IMG/VR virus record: IMGVR_UViG_3300005530_000005
Direction: 5' to 3' (one strand)
From: an uncultured virus (IMG/VR IMGVR_UViG_3300005530_000005)
Lineage: Duplodnaviria > Heunggongvirae > Uroviricota > Caudoviricetes
Length of the DNA stretch: 64,000 nucleotides
Made by a program: the position numbers and the translations under genes. Positions 31,195-39,168 of the stretch are shown piece by piece (the first letter of the stretch is position 1; each line of letters starts with the position of its first letter). The notes below the pieces were generated by a model. That model had not been told where the DNA came from. It was given only the letters and a program-made list of their open reading frames with translations, and searched no databases.

Positions 31195-31222
31195 TTGACA
31201 AAATTGAAAAGTGCAGTATAAT
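31195..31222 (+). promoter_or_regulatory. Divergent promoter (TTGACA-N16-TATAAT)
   Basis: Perfect hexamers; spacer ends in CAG. Confidence 0.7.
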
Positions 31223-31228
31223 TATAAA

Positions 31229-31337
31229 ACATACGTTTTATTAATAAAACAAAGGTTAATATATAGCTCAGCTAAACTTTAGCCATACCCCCCATTAAAT
31301 AAAGCTCTAGATTTACTTCTAGAGCTATTTTTTTTTT
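31229..31337 (+). ncRNA. Candidate ~110-nt small RNA
   Basis: Lies between a consensus promoter and an intrinsic terminator; contains no ATG. Confidence 0.45.
31303..31337 (+). terminator. Intrinsic terminator
   Basis: AGCTCTAGA-TTTACT-TCTAGAGCT-A-T10. Confidence 0.85.
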
Positions 31338-31537
31338 ATGTGGCTAAGCTATATCAATTACACCCGCGAAGCCCTACCCCCATTGATGCACATATCAAAT
31401 GACAAATATAGTGGACACTAGAGTGTAGCGAAAATAGTGCAAGCTAGTTGTAGCCCCCCTAGAATCCTAATCAGTATGAGCAACTTGTTGCCATATCAAA
31501 TACTCTCTCGTATGCCTTCCGAAATTAGTGATTAGCA

Positions 31538-31550
31538 AATCAACACATTA
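31538..31550 (+). promoter_or_regulatory. IHF-consensus site
   Basis: AATCAACACATTA matches WATCAANNNNTTR. Confidence 0.5.
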
Positions 31551-31796
31551 CAAAATATAAATAAAATACCAGTAAGTTATAGTGACACTCTAATGACAAA
31601 TCTATTATCAATATGGTTAGCTACGATAATTCGATAAAATATATGCATGTCATATACGAGCCTACGCCCCTGCCCATGGTCCATGCCTACCCCCTCATCT
31701 TGGCCTATACTATAGCATTACTTATGCATTACTTGCATAGCTTAAGTACTCACATGTATAGATCAACCCTCTGATACCATTACTAGAGTATTATTA

Positions 31797-31815
31797 TAAG
31801 CCATTGATATCATTA
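31797..31815. repeat. 19-bp direct repeat copy 1 (contains IHF consensus on - strand)
   Basis: TAAGCCATTGATATCATTA, identical at 37092-37110. Confidence 0.8.
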
Positions 31816-32006
31816 GCTAATTTAGTATCTGTTATGTTAGAGGGTATGGGTTTATTAATATCCAATAAGTAATCATATACTATATTACTATATGTAAATA
31901 GTATTAACATTCATATTGTTATGCCAATATTGCATAGTAAAGCAATAATATGTTCATTCATCAAAGTAATCCATTATCATTATTCATATCTATATTTAGT
32001 GGTTAT

Positions 32007-32035
32007 TTGACATAAGCATACTAAATGTGTACACT
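32007..32035 (+). promoter_or_regulatory. sigma70-like promoter
   Basis: TTGACA-taagc...(17)-TACACT. Confidence 0.7.
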
Positions 32036-32075
32036 AATACTGGCAAATTCTGTCAACTAATAGGGATGTAATACT

Positions 32076-32306
32076 ATGGCTAATTCATTTAATGTTCATA
32101 AGCCTGCCAAAGTAACTTTTAAAGATGTCAGGTATGGTCAAATATTCTACTGTCAAGATAAACTATATATGAAGATATATAATGATGAGAAAGGCAGTAA
32201 TCACAATGCAATATCTTTGCGTACAGGTTCTACTTGCCATTTTGCGGATAACACTATTGAACTAGAATTAGTTAACTCAATCACTATTACATGGGAAGGT
32301 GAATAA
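32076..32306 (+). CDS. Hypothetical protein, similar to 43886..44116
   Basis: TFKDVRYGQIF..LYMK..NAISL..G...HF pattern. Confidence 0.65.
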   Translation: MANSFNVHKPAKVTFKDVRYGQIFYCQDKLYMKIYNDEKGSNHNAISLRTGSTCHFADNTIELELVNSITITWEGE

Positions 32307-32308
32307 TC

Positions 32309-32653
32309 ATGGCTAAGTTCAAAGTGGGCGATAAGATTACTATGAGTAATCGAGGTAAAGACTATCAACGCATAGTAATGGCATCTTATGAGCACAAGTA
32401 TGTTCTTAGATCAATTACCAACAACATTGATTGGATATATGAAAAACAGTGCATTGATAACACACATATCCTCATGCCCAATGAAATCATTGTTGGTAAT
32501 AGTTATCCTCCATCAAAGCTCAATTGTATTGGCTCAAGAGTTATTGGCATTTGCAAAGAGAACAACATCAATTACATTGTGTATGTTACTCACGGTACTG
32601 GCGAAATACGATTGGATACAGAAGCACTGTTTAGAAAATACTATGATGTTTAA
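32309..32653 (+). CDS. KFKVGD-family protein lacking the C-terminal helix motif
   Basis: MAKFKVGDKIT start. Confidence 0.7.
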   Translation: MAKFKVGDKITMSNRGKDYQRIVMASYEHKYVLRSITNNIDWIYEKQCIDNTHILMPNEIIVGNSYPPSKLNCIGSRVIGICKENNINYIVYVTHGTGEIRLDTEALFRKYYDV

Positions 32654-32807
32654 GTATTTACTTCATATCCTATTCCATGGCTCCGATCATTGGGCCGATG
32701 AAGGATTTGAGCCTAGTTGCATCCATTGCATACGACAGGGGTTGACAAGTGGGTTTCTCCGGGAGTAACGCTTTAGGCGTTAACTTAACCCTACGGGAGA
32801 TTGTCCT

Positions 32808-32978
32808 ATGTACACCGTTTCTTACATGCGCAAAGGTTCTCAGGTTGATACCAAGTACGCCAGCTTTTCCGATGGCCTATACTGGTACAAACAAGCTGTT
32901 TGGATGGCCCTGCACATTGGCGGGTATGCTGATATCCAGCTTATCAATCCCAAAGGAAAGCTAGTCCGGCACTACTGA
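32808..32978 (+). CDS. Hypothetical 56-aa protein (not in ORF track)
   Basis: GGGAGA RBS; MYTVSYMRKG...KLVRHY; followed by a terminator. Confidence 0.55.
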   Translation: MYTVSYMRKGSQVDTKYASFSDGLYWYKQAVWMALHIGGYADIQLINPKGKLVRHY

Positions 32979-32998
32979 GCCTAGCTAATTCGGCAATC

Positions 32999-33024
32999 AA
33001 GGCAGCTTTCGGGCTGCCTTTTTT
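32999..33024 (+). terminator. Intrinsic terminator
   Basis: AAGGCAGCT-TTCG-GGCTGCCTT-TTTT. Confidence 0.9.
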
Positions 33025-33278
33025 GTGTCTGCTATTGACGCTATAACAGACAATCATCTGTTTTAACTGATTTCAACGCTAGGTGGGTAAATTTGACCAC
33101 TGAGAGGGGTTATAGGGGTTTGCGGTGTGACCTACACGGGTATGTGTCAGCCTGCGCTCTATGGCGCTGTAGCGTGGCGCTAGAATTGATCCAACCGGAT
33201 AGGCTTATGGCTGCTCACTGGCACAGCTGCGCTACCTGGTAAACAATTGCATTTATCTAAAGTTTTATGGATTAGCTC

Positions 33279-33314
33279 AAAAGAAAACCCCCAAAGCCGG
33301 AGCTAAGGGGGTTT
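33279..33314 (-). terminator. Intrinsic terminator of minus-strand early genes
   Basis: AAACCCCC..GGGGGTTT stem with U tract on the - strand. Confidence 0.75.
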
Positions 33315-33466
33315 GTTGTAGTTGGATCGATTAGATCAAGAAACTACCGTAGCTTGTAAGTCCGATCCTAGTTTCAGCTATGCGTGGTGCATAGAAGTTA
33401 CTTGGATGTGATCTTAGATGCTTTATCATTATCATTGCATCAAAAAAGATATATCCCCACATCATT

Positions 33467-33826
33467 TTATGCCGCCATTTTCTTTTGAAAGCCTTGGTAC
33501 CAGTGACCCAAGGCAATCAGTGACTGCTCACTGAGCAAATCACCAAGCCTTGTCATTGGACTTCCCGGAAGCGCCCTTGGCTTGTGACTACCTGAGCCAT
33601 TGGAACGGCTTTCCTTGGCTTCTTGGATATCGCTGAAATCCACAAGCTTGCGTGGCTTGCGAGACTTCATTGCCTTGGCTTCCCGATGGATTGAACTGGA
33701 ACCGGGATAGGCTTGGTTCTGTGCCGAAATCAGATAGGCGAATGTCGGAACAACTGCCGTTGAACCACACGGGATGCCAGAAAGACGATCAACCCGATTG
33801 TGCTTTTGCGTGCCAAACATAATCAT
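33467..33826 (-). CDS. Hypothetical early protein (ends KKMAA)
   Basis: AAGGA RBS directly after the stem arm at 33851. Confidence 0.6.
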   Translation of the reverse strand: MIMFGTQKHNRVDRLSGIPCGSTAVVPTFAYLISAQNQAYPGSSSIHREAKAMKSRKPRKLVDFSDIQEAKESRSNGSGSHKPRALPGSPMTRLGDLLSEQSLIALGHWYQGFQKKMAA

Positions 33827-33850
33827 ATCCTTTTCAAGTTGAGTTGATTG

Positions 33851-33875
33851 GTATGGCTCGCAAATCCTAGCGGCT
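33851..33875. repeat. Inverted-repeat arm, pairs with 34252-34276
   Basis: GTATGGCTCGCAAATCCTAGCGGCT. Confidence 0.9.
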
Positions 33876-33888
33876 ATTGAAGATCAAA

Positions 33889-34230
33889 CTAACTTCCTAA
33901 GTCTAAGGTGAGATTTTCACCGTTTTCGCTTTGTCTGAAATCTTCAATGAATATATGGTGATTATCGCCACACATATTTATCAACTCTTCCGCTGTTAGC
34001 CAAAGATCAAGCCAAGTTTTCCCCTCAATTGGCAAACTATAGGTTCCAGGGGTATCACTGTAAAAATCATCCGAAGTGATAAACATTAATCTTGCATTAG
34101 TGTATGGATGATTTTCATTAAAGTCTAAAGGTTGTGGCATACTCCAAACTGATAGAGATATACCATTTTCGACTGAGACATTATGGCAAAAATCTATTCT
34201 TGCCAGAATATCAGGATTGATATTCCACAT
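33889..34230 (-). CDS. Hypothetical protein enclosed by inverted repeat
   Basis: GGAG RBS; TWLDLWLTAEELI..DNHHIFIEDF. Confidence 0.75.
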   Translation of the reverse strand: MWNINPDILARIDFCHNVSVENGISLSVWSMPQPLDFNENHPYTNARLMFITSDDFYSDTPGTYSLPIEGKTWLDLWLTAEELINMCGDNHHIFIEDFRQSENGENLTLDLGS

Positions 34231-34251
34231 TCATATTCTCCCATTAGCTAG

Positions 34252-34276
34252 AGCCACTAGGATATGTGAGCCATAC
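34252..34276. repeat. Inverted-repeat arm, pairs with 33851-33875
   Basis: AGCCACTAGGATATGTGAGCCATAC, identical at 36802-36826. Confidence 0.9.
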
Positions 34277-34281
34277 CGTTG

Positions 34282-34318
34282 TCACGATGTACAAAATCCG
34301 CTGAACCCGAAGGCAGCT
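34282..34318 (-). promoter_or_regulatory. Hairpin plus conserved 20-nt motif (boxB/boxA-like), copy 1
   Basis: - strand GCTGCC-TTCG-GGTTCAGC then GGATTTTGTACATCGTGA; motif is 19/20 identical to 36877-36896. Confidence 0.55.
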
Positions 34319-34327
34319 AACACAATC

Positions 34328-34534
34328 CTAAACTAGTGGATTGGTTGTGTCAATCCAGTTTAAAAATGAAGTCAAACGATGGATTAGATACGGCTTTCTA
34401 AGTGAAAGCTTTCCATTAACATAAAACTCATAGAATACTAACTCAATTCCAGCACTATTAGTGCCGATACCTATTAGCCTATAGGTCTGATGTTTGTAAG
34501 CTTTACTGCGATACGTCTTGCCAACTTCAATCAT
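34328..34534 (-). CDS. Hypothetical protein
   Basis: MIEVGKTYRS start; purine-rich RBS. Confidence 0.6.
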   Translation of the reverse strand: MIEVGKTYRSKAYKHQTYRLIGIGTNSAGIELVFYEFYVNGKLSLRKPYLIHRLTSFLNWIDTTNPLV

Positions 34535-34615
34535 TTACTTCCCTTTCATTGCTGCTATGCAATAATAACATGCATAGACTACTTGAAAAACACTTGAATT
34601 AACCCATATATAAGA

Positions 34616-34643
34616 AACTGTTTGCACTCCAGGGTTATATATC
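34616..34643. repeat. 28-bp dispersed repeat copy 1
   Basis: AACTGTTTGCACTCCAGGGTTATATATC; 26/28 identical to 54896-54923. Confidence 0.8.
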
Positions 34644-34845
34644 AGTTCCCGGCAAATCCTTGTTTATATAAATTCCTGTAATCGTCCCAAAAATTTATCC
34701 CGAAAGCAGCATTGTATTCTTCTGCACTCATTCCATAGGCAGCTTTCATTCGCATATTTTCCGGCTTACCATTATGCTGTGAATTGTTACTTTCACAATC
34801 AATAATGTCTAAGTCACCATTTGAATTTGCAGTGTTGTATCTCAT
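34642..34845 (-). CDS. Hypothetical protein
   Basis: GGAG RBS; downstream of the 34884-34912 promoter. Confidence 0.65.
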   Translation of the reverse strand: MRYNTANSNGDLDIIDCESNNSQHNGKPENMRMKAAYGMSAEEYNAAFGINFWDDYRNLYKQGFAGN

Positions 34846-34883
34846 TTACATTACTCCAATTCAGGTAAAAATTCCAACAGACT

Positions 34884-34912
34884 ATTATATCAAAGAGTAT
34901 AGCTTAAGTCAA
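34884..34912 (-). promoter_or_regulatory. sigma70-like promoter, TTGACTTAAGC class
   Basis: TTGACT-taagctatactctttga-TATAAT. Confidence 0.8.
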
Positions 34913-34962
34913 GCGAATGAAATTCGCTGTCAGTGCAAAGTATTTGCACCTCAAAAACGACT

Positions 34963-34998
34963 AAAAGAAAACCCCTAGAGATTTCTCCCTAGGGGTTT
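34963..34998 (-). terminator. Intrinsic terminator
   Basis: AAACCCCTAG..CTAGGGGTTT; same stem family as 5349. Confidence 0.8.
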
Positions 34999-35138
34999 GT
35001 TTGTTTGGACTAACTCCAAACCGTATTATTTACGATGAATTAAGCGCAATGTTATCGGGTCTAAAACTTTGACTTCATTACGCAAAACCATCCTACAACG
35101 CTTTCGCGCGTAGTGGTTCATTGGCAATTGCCGAATGA

Positions 35139-36431
35139 TCATGCTGACATTGCCTTGTCGAGCGTTTCATCCGCCTCGCCTTCGCCGCGCTCATTGACGT
35201 TTTCATCAACAAGCCGGTTCAATTCGGCAAGAAGGTCGCGGATTTCATCGGTATAGACTGGCGCTGTGTCCTTCTTTGGCAAGTTACGCACAACCGTGCA
35301 CGCCTGTTTCAAGAAATCGACAAGGCCGATCTTGTCCATATCAACGATGGTTATTTTGGCTGTTGCCTTATCATCATCGTTCTTTTCCGACTGGGTACCG
35401 CCGGTTTCCCGCTCCTGCTTCTTGAGCAGGCCGGTTTCCTTGACAAATTCAGCCGGAATTGGCTTTCCATTATCGTCCGTCTTGTCACCGACAAAACGAG
35501 CGTAATGGATTTTGACGCCATCAATGGACAATCCAGCCCATGGCTTGTTACGCGTACTGGTATATGCAGTCTTATCCAAGTATCTGGCGTCACCCTCCGC
35601 CCCTTCAATTTCAAGGAAAGGGTGTAGCTCATGATCGTTGAAGATGATGCCGACATAGGCATTGGATGGCGTTTCCGCGTCTCCTTCCAATGGCCACGGA
35701 ATATAGTATTCCGTTTTGCCATCGGCCATCTTGAACAGTACAGGCTCACCAAGCTTGTGATCTTTGGCTTGGTCGGAATAACGCAACCCCTTGCGATAGG
35801 TTGTCGAAATCCCGGCTGCACTCATGAGTACAAGGATAGCCGCCTTGCACGCGTTATCCACGTAGGAGTTGAAAGTATTCGTTGCAACCCCCATGAACTT
35901 CTCGGAAGCATTGATTACTTTCGGAGCATTGGATTTCTTCTTTCCTTTGCCTTTTTCATCGGCGGCCGAAACATTGCTACGAGTAGCAACAGTCCAATCG
36001 CCTGTTTCCGAGTTATGTTCGGCATAAATCCGACCGTTCACCACATCAAGAAAAGCCTTCTTTAGTGCTTTCAAGTCGGGAATTTTGCCTTCTTTTGCAG
36101 TGAGAAACGAGCCGTAATCAGCAATGGCAACAGCCATCTGATCAAAGATAGTTCCCACCTTGCGCAATTCGCCGCGCATCGATTTGACCATTTCATTCAA
36201 TCGATAGACGGCTTCGCCCGTGCTGGCTGCATCGGCGTGATAATCGCCAAGGATTGGACCTTTGTTTGATCCATCATCGGCAATGACAGGCGCGGGATTA
36301 TCCGTTCCCATATCACGCACAGTGTCATCCGTGGTTGTTGTCACGGTGCCAGTGGTAACGGCAGTCTCAGCCTTAAGAGCTTCGGAAGCCGGAACCTTGC
36401 GAGCGGTATTTTTGCGAGCAGTCATAGTCAT
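35139..36431 (-). CDS. Hypothetical 430-aa early protein
   Basis: Long ORF with GGAGAG RBS; visibly more GC-rich than flanking genes. Confidence 0.8.
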   Translation of the reverse strand: MTMTARKNTARKVPASEALKAETAVTTGTVTTTTDDTVRDMGTDNPAPVIADDGSNKGPILGDYHADAASTGEAVYRLNEMVKSMRGELRKVGTIFDQMAVAIADYGSFLTAKEGKIPDLKALKKAFLDVVNGRIYAEHNSETGDWTVATRSNVSAADEKGKGKKKSNAPKVINASEKFMGVATNTFNSYVDNACKAAILVLMSAAGISTTYRKGLRYSDQAKDHKLGEPVLFKMADGKTEYYIPWPLEGDAETPSNAYVGIIFNDHELHPFLEIEGAEGDARYLDKTAYTSTRNKPWAGLSIDGVKIHYARFVGDKTDDNGKPIPAEFVKETGLLKKQERETGGTQSEKNDDDKATAKITIVDMDKIGLVDFLKQACTVVRNLPKKDTAPVYTDEIRDLLAELNRLVDENVNERGEGEADETLDKAMSA

Positions 36432-36445
36432 ACTCTCCTATTTTA

Positions 36446-36473
36446 TGAGTATGGCTCGCAAATCCCAGTGGCT
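36446..36473. repeat. Inverted-repeat arm, pairs with 36802-36829
   Basis: TGAGTATGGCTCGCAAATCCCAGTGGCT. Confidence 0.9.
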
Positions 36474-36488
36474 ATTGAAAAAATTATT

Positions 36489-36782
36489 TCAGCGGAAATA
36501 TTTCCGCATTGAGGCAAAAGTCAAAGCTTGTTGTGCTTTCCATCCTGCATAATCAATATCACTATCGTCTATTCCCATTTCATGCAGGGTTTTGATTGCG
36601 TCGGAATTGAATAGCGGAATATCCAATGTAGGAACGAAAAAAGTAACTTTGTTTTCTTCCCGATGAATTTCAATTCCATCGGCAATCATTCTATCCAGTT
36701 CAAGAGTGACCGGAACCTTTCGCACTTCGCGTGAAGTCGCAGTTGTCTCTACATATTCATAAGATTGCTTAGCCATTTTCAC
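36489..36782 (-). CDS. Hypothetical protein enclosed by inverted repeat
   Basis: GGGAGAG RBS; first ORF after the 37014 promoter. Confidence 0.75.
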   Translation of the reverse strand: MKMAKQSYEYVETTATSREVRKVPVTLELDRMIADGIEIHREENKVTFFVPTLDIPLFNSDAIKTLHEMGIDDSDIDYAGWKAQQALTFASMRKYFR

Positions 36783-36801
36783 ACTCTCCCATGGGGTTTG
36801 A

Positions 36802-36829
36802 AGCCACTAGGATATGTGAGCCATACTCA
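36802..36829. repeat. Inverted-repeat arm, pairs with 36446-36473
   Basis: AGCCACTAGGATATGTGAGCCATACTCA. Confidence 0.9.
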
Positions 36830-36831
36830 AA

Positions 36832-36915
36832 GCCTAACGCCCACATAGGACTATCCCATGTAGTGCGATTAGGCGTTCACGATGTACAATATCCGCAGGG
36901 CTATTGAGCAACCCT
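36832..36915 (-). promoter_or_regulatory. Structured leader: hairpin, conserved 20-nt motif (copy 2), long hairpin
   Basis: - strand AGGGTTG-CTCAA-TAGCCCT, GCGGATATTGTACATCGTGA, GCCTAA..CTACATGGGA-TAG-TCCTATGTGG..TTAGGC. Confidence 0.6.
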
Positions 36916-36985
36916 AGGTGCGCCGGTCAAACCCCGTCCATACACCGCAGGAAACCCCGCAACATGCCTATATGGCATAGTCACA

Positions 36986-37014
36986 AGCATATAGGAGCCT
37001 ATTTGTTATGTCAA
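36986..37014 (-). promoter_or_regulatory. sigma70-like promoter of minus-strand early operon
   Basis: TTGACA-N17-TATGCT. Confidence 0.7.
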
Positions 37015-37035
37015 GTCACCTATTTTTGCGTGTTA

Positions 37036-37110
37036 TATCAATATGTTAGCCATATAAACCAATAACTTAGCTCCAATAAGTTTATAAGTCTTAAGCCATT
37101 GATATCATTA
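37036..37110. promoter_or_regulatory. IHF-consensus cluster including 19-bp repeat copy 2
   Basis: TATCAATATGTTA (37036), AACCAATAACTTA (37057, one mismatch), TAAGCCATTGATA (37092, - strand). Confidence 0.55.
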
Positions 37111-37391
37111 TACTCCGCTATAACGCACACACGTATGTTATATCAGATGTCCGCTATTGCGCCTGAAAATCCTTTATAAAAGAATCAAAGTGTGCCGATG
37201 ATGCACTCAAGTAATAACGCGTATTCTTATACTTGCTCACATACGTATATAACGCGCAAGTAATAGGGGCTTGTAATCATATTGCCCAAATAAATTCCAT
37301 AAATATATTTTTCTGCTATAAGCGAATTTTGATTTAATAGCGATTTATTGGTATGATAAAAGTATGAGTAATGGACACAGGAATTGTAATT

Positions 37392-37547
37392 ATGAAATGC
37401 CCATCTTGTAAAGGTTCTGGTAGAGACGAAAAGAAAACTATTACAGCACGTAAAAAAGGAATATGTGATGAACATTCGTACATTTGGTGTTGGACGTGTA
37501 ATGGAAATGGAGTAGAGCCTCCGTATCCGAACAGTAGTGAGAAATAA
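37392..37547 (+). CDS. Small DnaJ-type zinc-finger protein (51 aa; not in ORF track)
   Basis: MKCPSCKGSG...CWTCNGNG. Confidence 0.7.
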   Translation: MKCPSCKGSGRDEKKTITARKKGICDEHSYIWCWTCNGNGVEPPYPNSSEK

Positions 37548-37550
37548 ATT

Positions 37551-37796
37551 ATGCCAAAATTTAAAGTTGGAGATATAATAACCAGAAAAGATAAAAATGA
37601 ATTATACTCAGATAAAATTATCACTGAGATAGATTTTCCTTTTTATGTAGCAAAAATATATAATGGCTCCTATCGGTCCGAGTTTCAATTTTCTATAGAC
37701 TATATCGAGCGATTATATGAATTGAAATCTGATTTAAAATTCTTTGTCCACAATAAGCTTAAATCAATGGGGATTGATATAAATGCCAAAGTTTAA
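37551..37796 (+). CDS. KFKVGD/FVxxKL family paralogue 1
   Basis: MPKFKVGD...LKFFVHNKLKSMGI. Confidence 0.85.
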   Translation: MPKFKVGDIITRKDKNELYSDKIITEIDFPFYVAKIYNGSYRSEFQFSIDYIERLYELKSDLKFFVHNKLKSMGIDINAKV

Positions 37797-38037
37797 AGTT
37801 GGGGATACGATTGTGTATGGTGGCCAAGGGTCAACGGGATCAGGTAAAATTATTTCTATACAAAATGATCAGTATACTATTAAATGGATTTATCCCAGAG
37901 ACGAATATAGAAATGAAATAGTTACAAGGGCCTTTTCGTATTTTGATAATGGTAATTATATATTAGTGGAATCAGAATTAGAACACTTTGTTAAGAATAA
38001 GCTTAAATCAATAGGAATTAACATCACTTTGACTTAA
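37783..38037 (+). CDS. KFKVGD/FVxxKL family paralogue 2
   Basis: MPKFKVGD...LEHFVKNKLKSIGI. Confidence 0.85.
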   Translation: MPKFKVGDTIVYGGQGSTGSGKIISIQNDQYTIKWIYPRDEYRNEIVTRAFSYFDNGNYILVESELEHFVKNKLKSIGINITLT

Positions 38038-38057
38038 GCTCGCGTGTATGGTACAAT
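38029..38057 (+). promoter_or_regulatory. sigma70-like promoter, TTGACTTAAGC class
   Basis: TTGACT-N17-TACAAT; overlaps upstream stop codon. Confidence 0.8.
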
Positions 38058-38086
38058 AATGAGAATGAAAACCGTTACCAGGATGC

Positions 38087-38281
38087 ATGAAAATGGAAAT
38101 ACATCTTAGAGAATTATCCAAGGCTTTTATAGCCGGGGTAAAGAGTTATCATACTGGAGTTCGTAATCCTTATGAAATTGGATCAATAGATCATATTGAT
38201 TTCAGTAAGGGTTATAATTTCCAGAAAGAGTTTCTTGAGAATATTATGCTTGAAAATTGTAGATATGGGAGTAAAGCATGA
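38087..38281 (+). CDS. Small Rmf-like protein
   Basis: AFIAGVKSYHTGVRNPYEIGS....FSKGY pattern. Confidence 0.45.
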   Translation: MKMEIHLRELSKAFIAGVKSYHTGVRNPYEIGSIDHIDFSKGYNFQKEFLENIMLENCRYGSKA

Positions 38282-39103
38282 CTGTAGGAGAATTAATAGA
38301 GCAGCTTAAAGGTTGGGGTAAAGATATGACTGTCTTCGTTTGGAAGCCAGAGGACAGTGCAGGAATGTCAGATATCGGACCACTAGAGCATATAGCATTA
38401 TATGAATTTGATAATGGAATTTTGCTTGAGACAGGGAGTGGAGAACATGAGCAAATATGACTATCTAATTCTGGTCGTTATGGCTGGCCTAGTAGCTGCC
38501 TGTTGGATTGACAGGAAATATTATTGGGCTCGTATCAATCGGCGAATTGATAGGGAGATTGGCAATGCCTGAGACTTATCATCGGCGTGTCCTTGATTGG
38601 ATACAGAAGTTTGGATTTACTGCGTGGCGTTTTACCAACTATCAATCTAGCATAGCAAGGGGATATAAAAATGGCATCTATCCTAAAGATATTGCTTGGG
38701 AAATCTGTTCAAAATCTCAATATAAAAGTTAATCGATCCTGGCCGGTAAAACAGAAGCAGGCAGAAATGCTTGCTATTTACTTTGAGAGGGAAAAGAAAT
38801 GGATAAGATGAATCTCCCCATAGTACAGGCAGTAATAGAACAAGAAAAGCGTGATGGATTAAGTAATGTTGTCGGCATTCAATTGCCAAATCCGGGGGAT
38901 AAGCCAATATTTCGATTGGTTTATCGTCAAAAAATTGATATATCTAAAAATGAAAGATTACATATCCCACTAATTAACTACGTCCATGCTTCAGACGTAA
39001 ATGAGGCTAATGATTTTGGACAAGATATGTCCACAAAGATTTCTGGTTATGTTTTCTGTCCTCATGAGACAGAATTAATTGAGGTAATGGAGATTACCTA
39101 ATT

Positions 39104-39132
39104 TTGACTTAACGAATAATTTCTGTTATATT
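39104..39132 (+). promoter_or_regulatory. sigma70-like promoter, TTGACTTAA class
   Basis: TTGACT-N17-TATATT with TG extension. Confidence 0.75.
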
Positions 39133-39168
39133 AATCACAATGAAATTCAATTTGTGGAGGGCCTCCAA

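Noticed and set aside
33851..34276. IS or MITE terminal inverted repeats
   Set aside because: No transposase or target-site duplication; the mismatch pattern fits RNA pairing on the coding strand better.
34621..34647. CIRCE element
   Set aside because: TTTGCACTC resembles only the left arm; the right arm GAGTGCTAA is absent.
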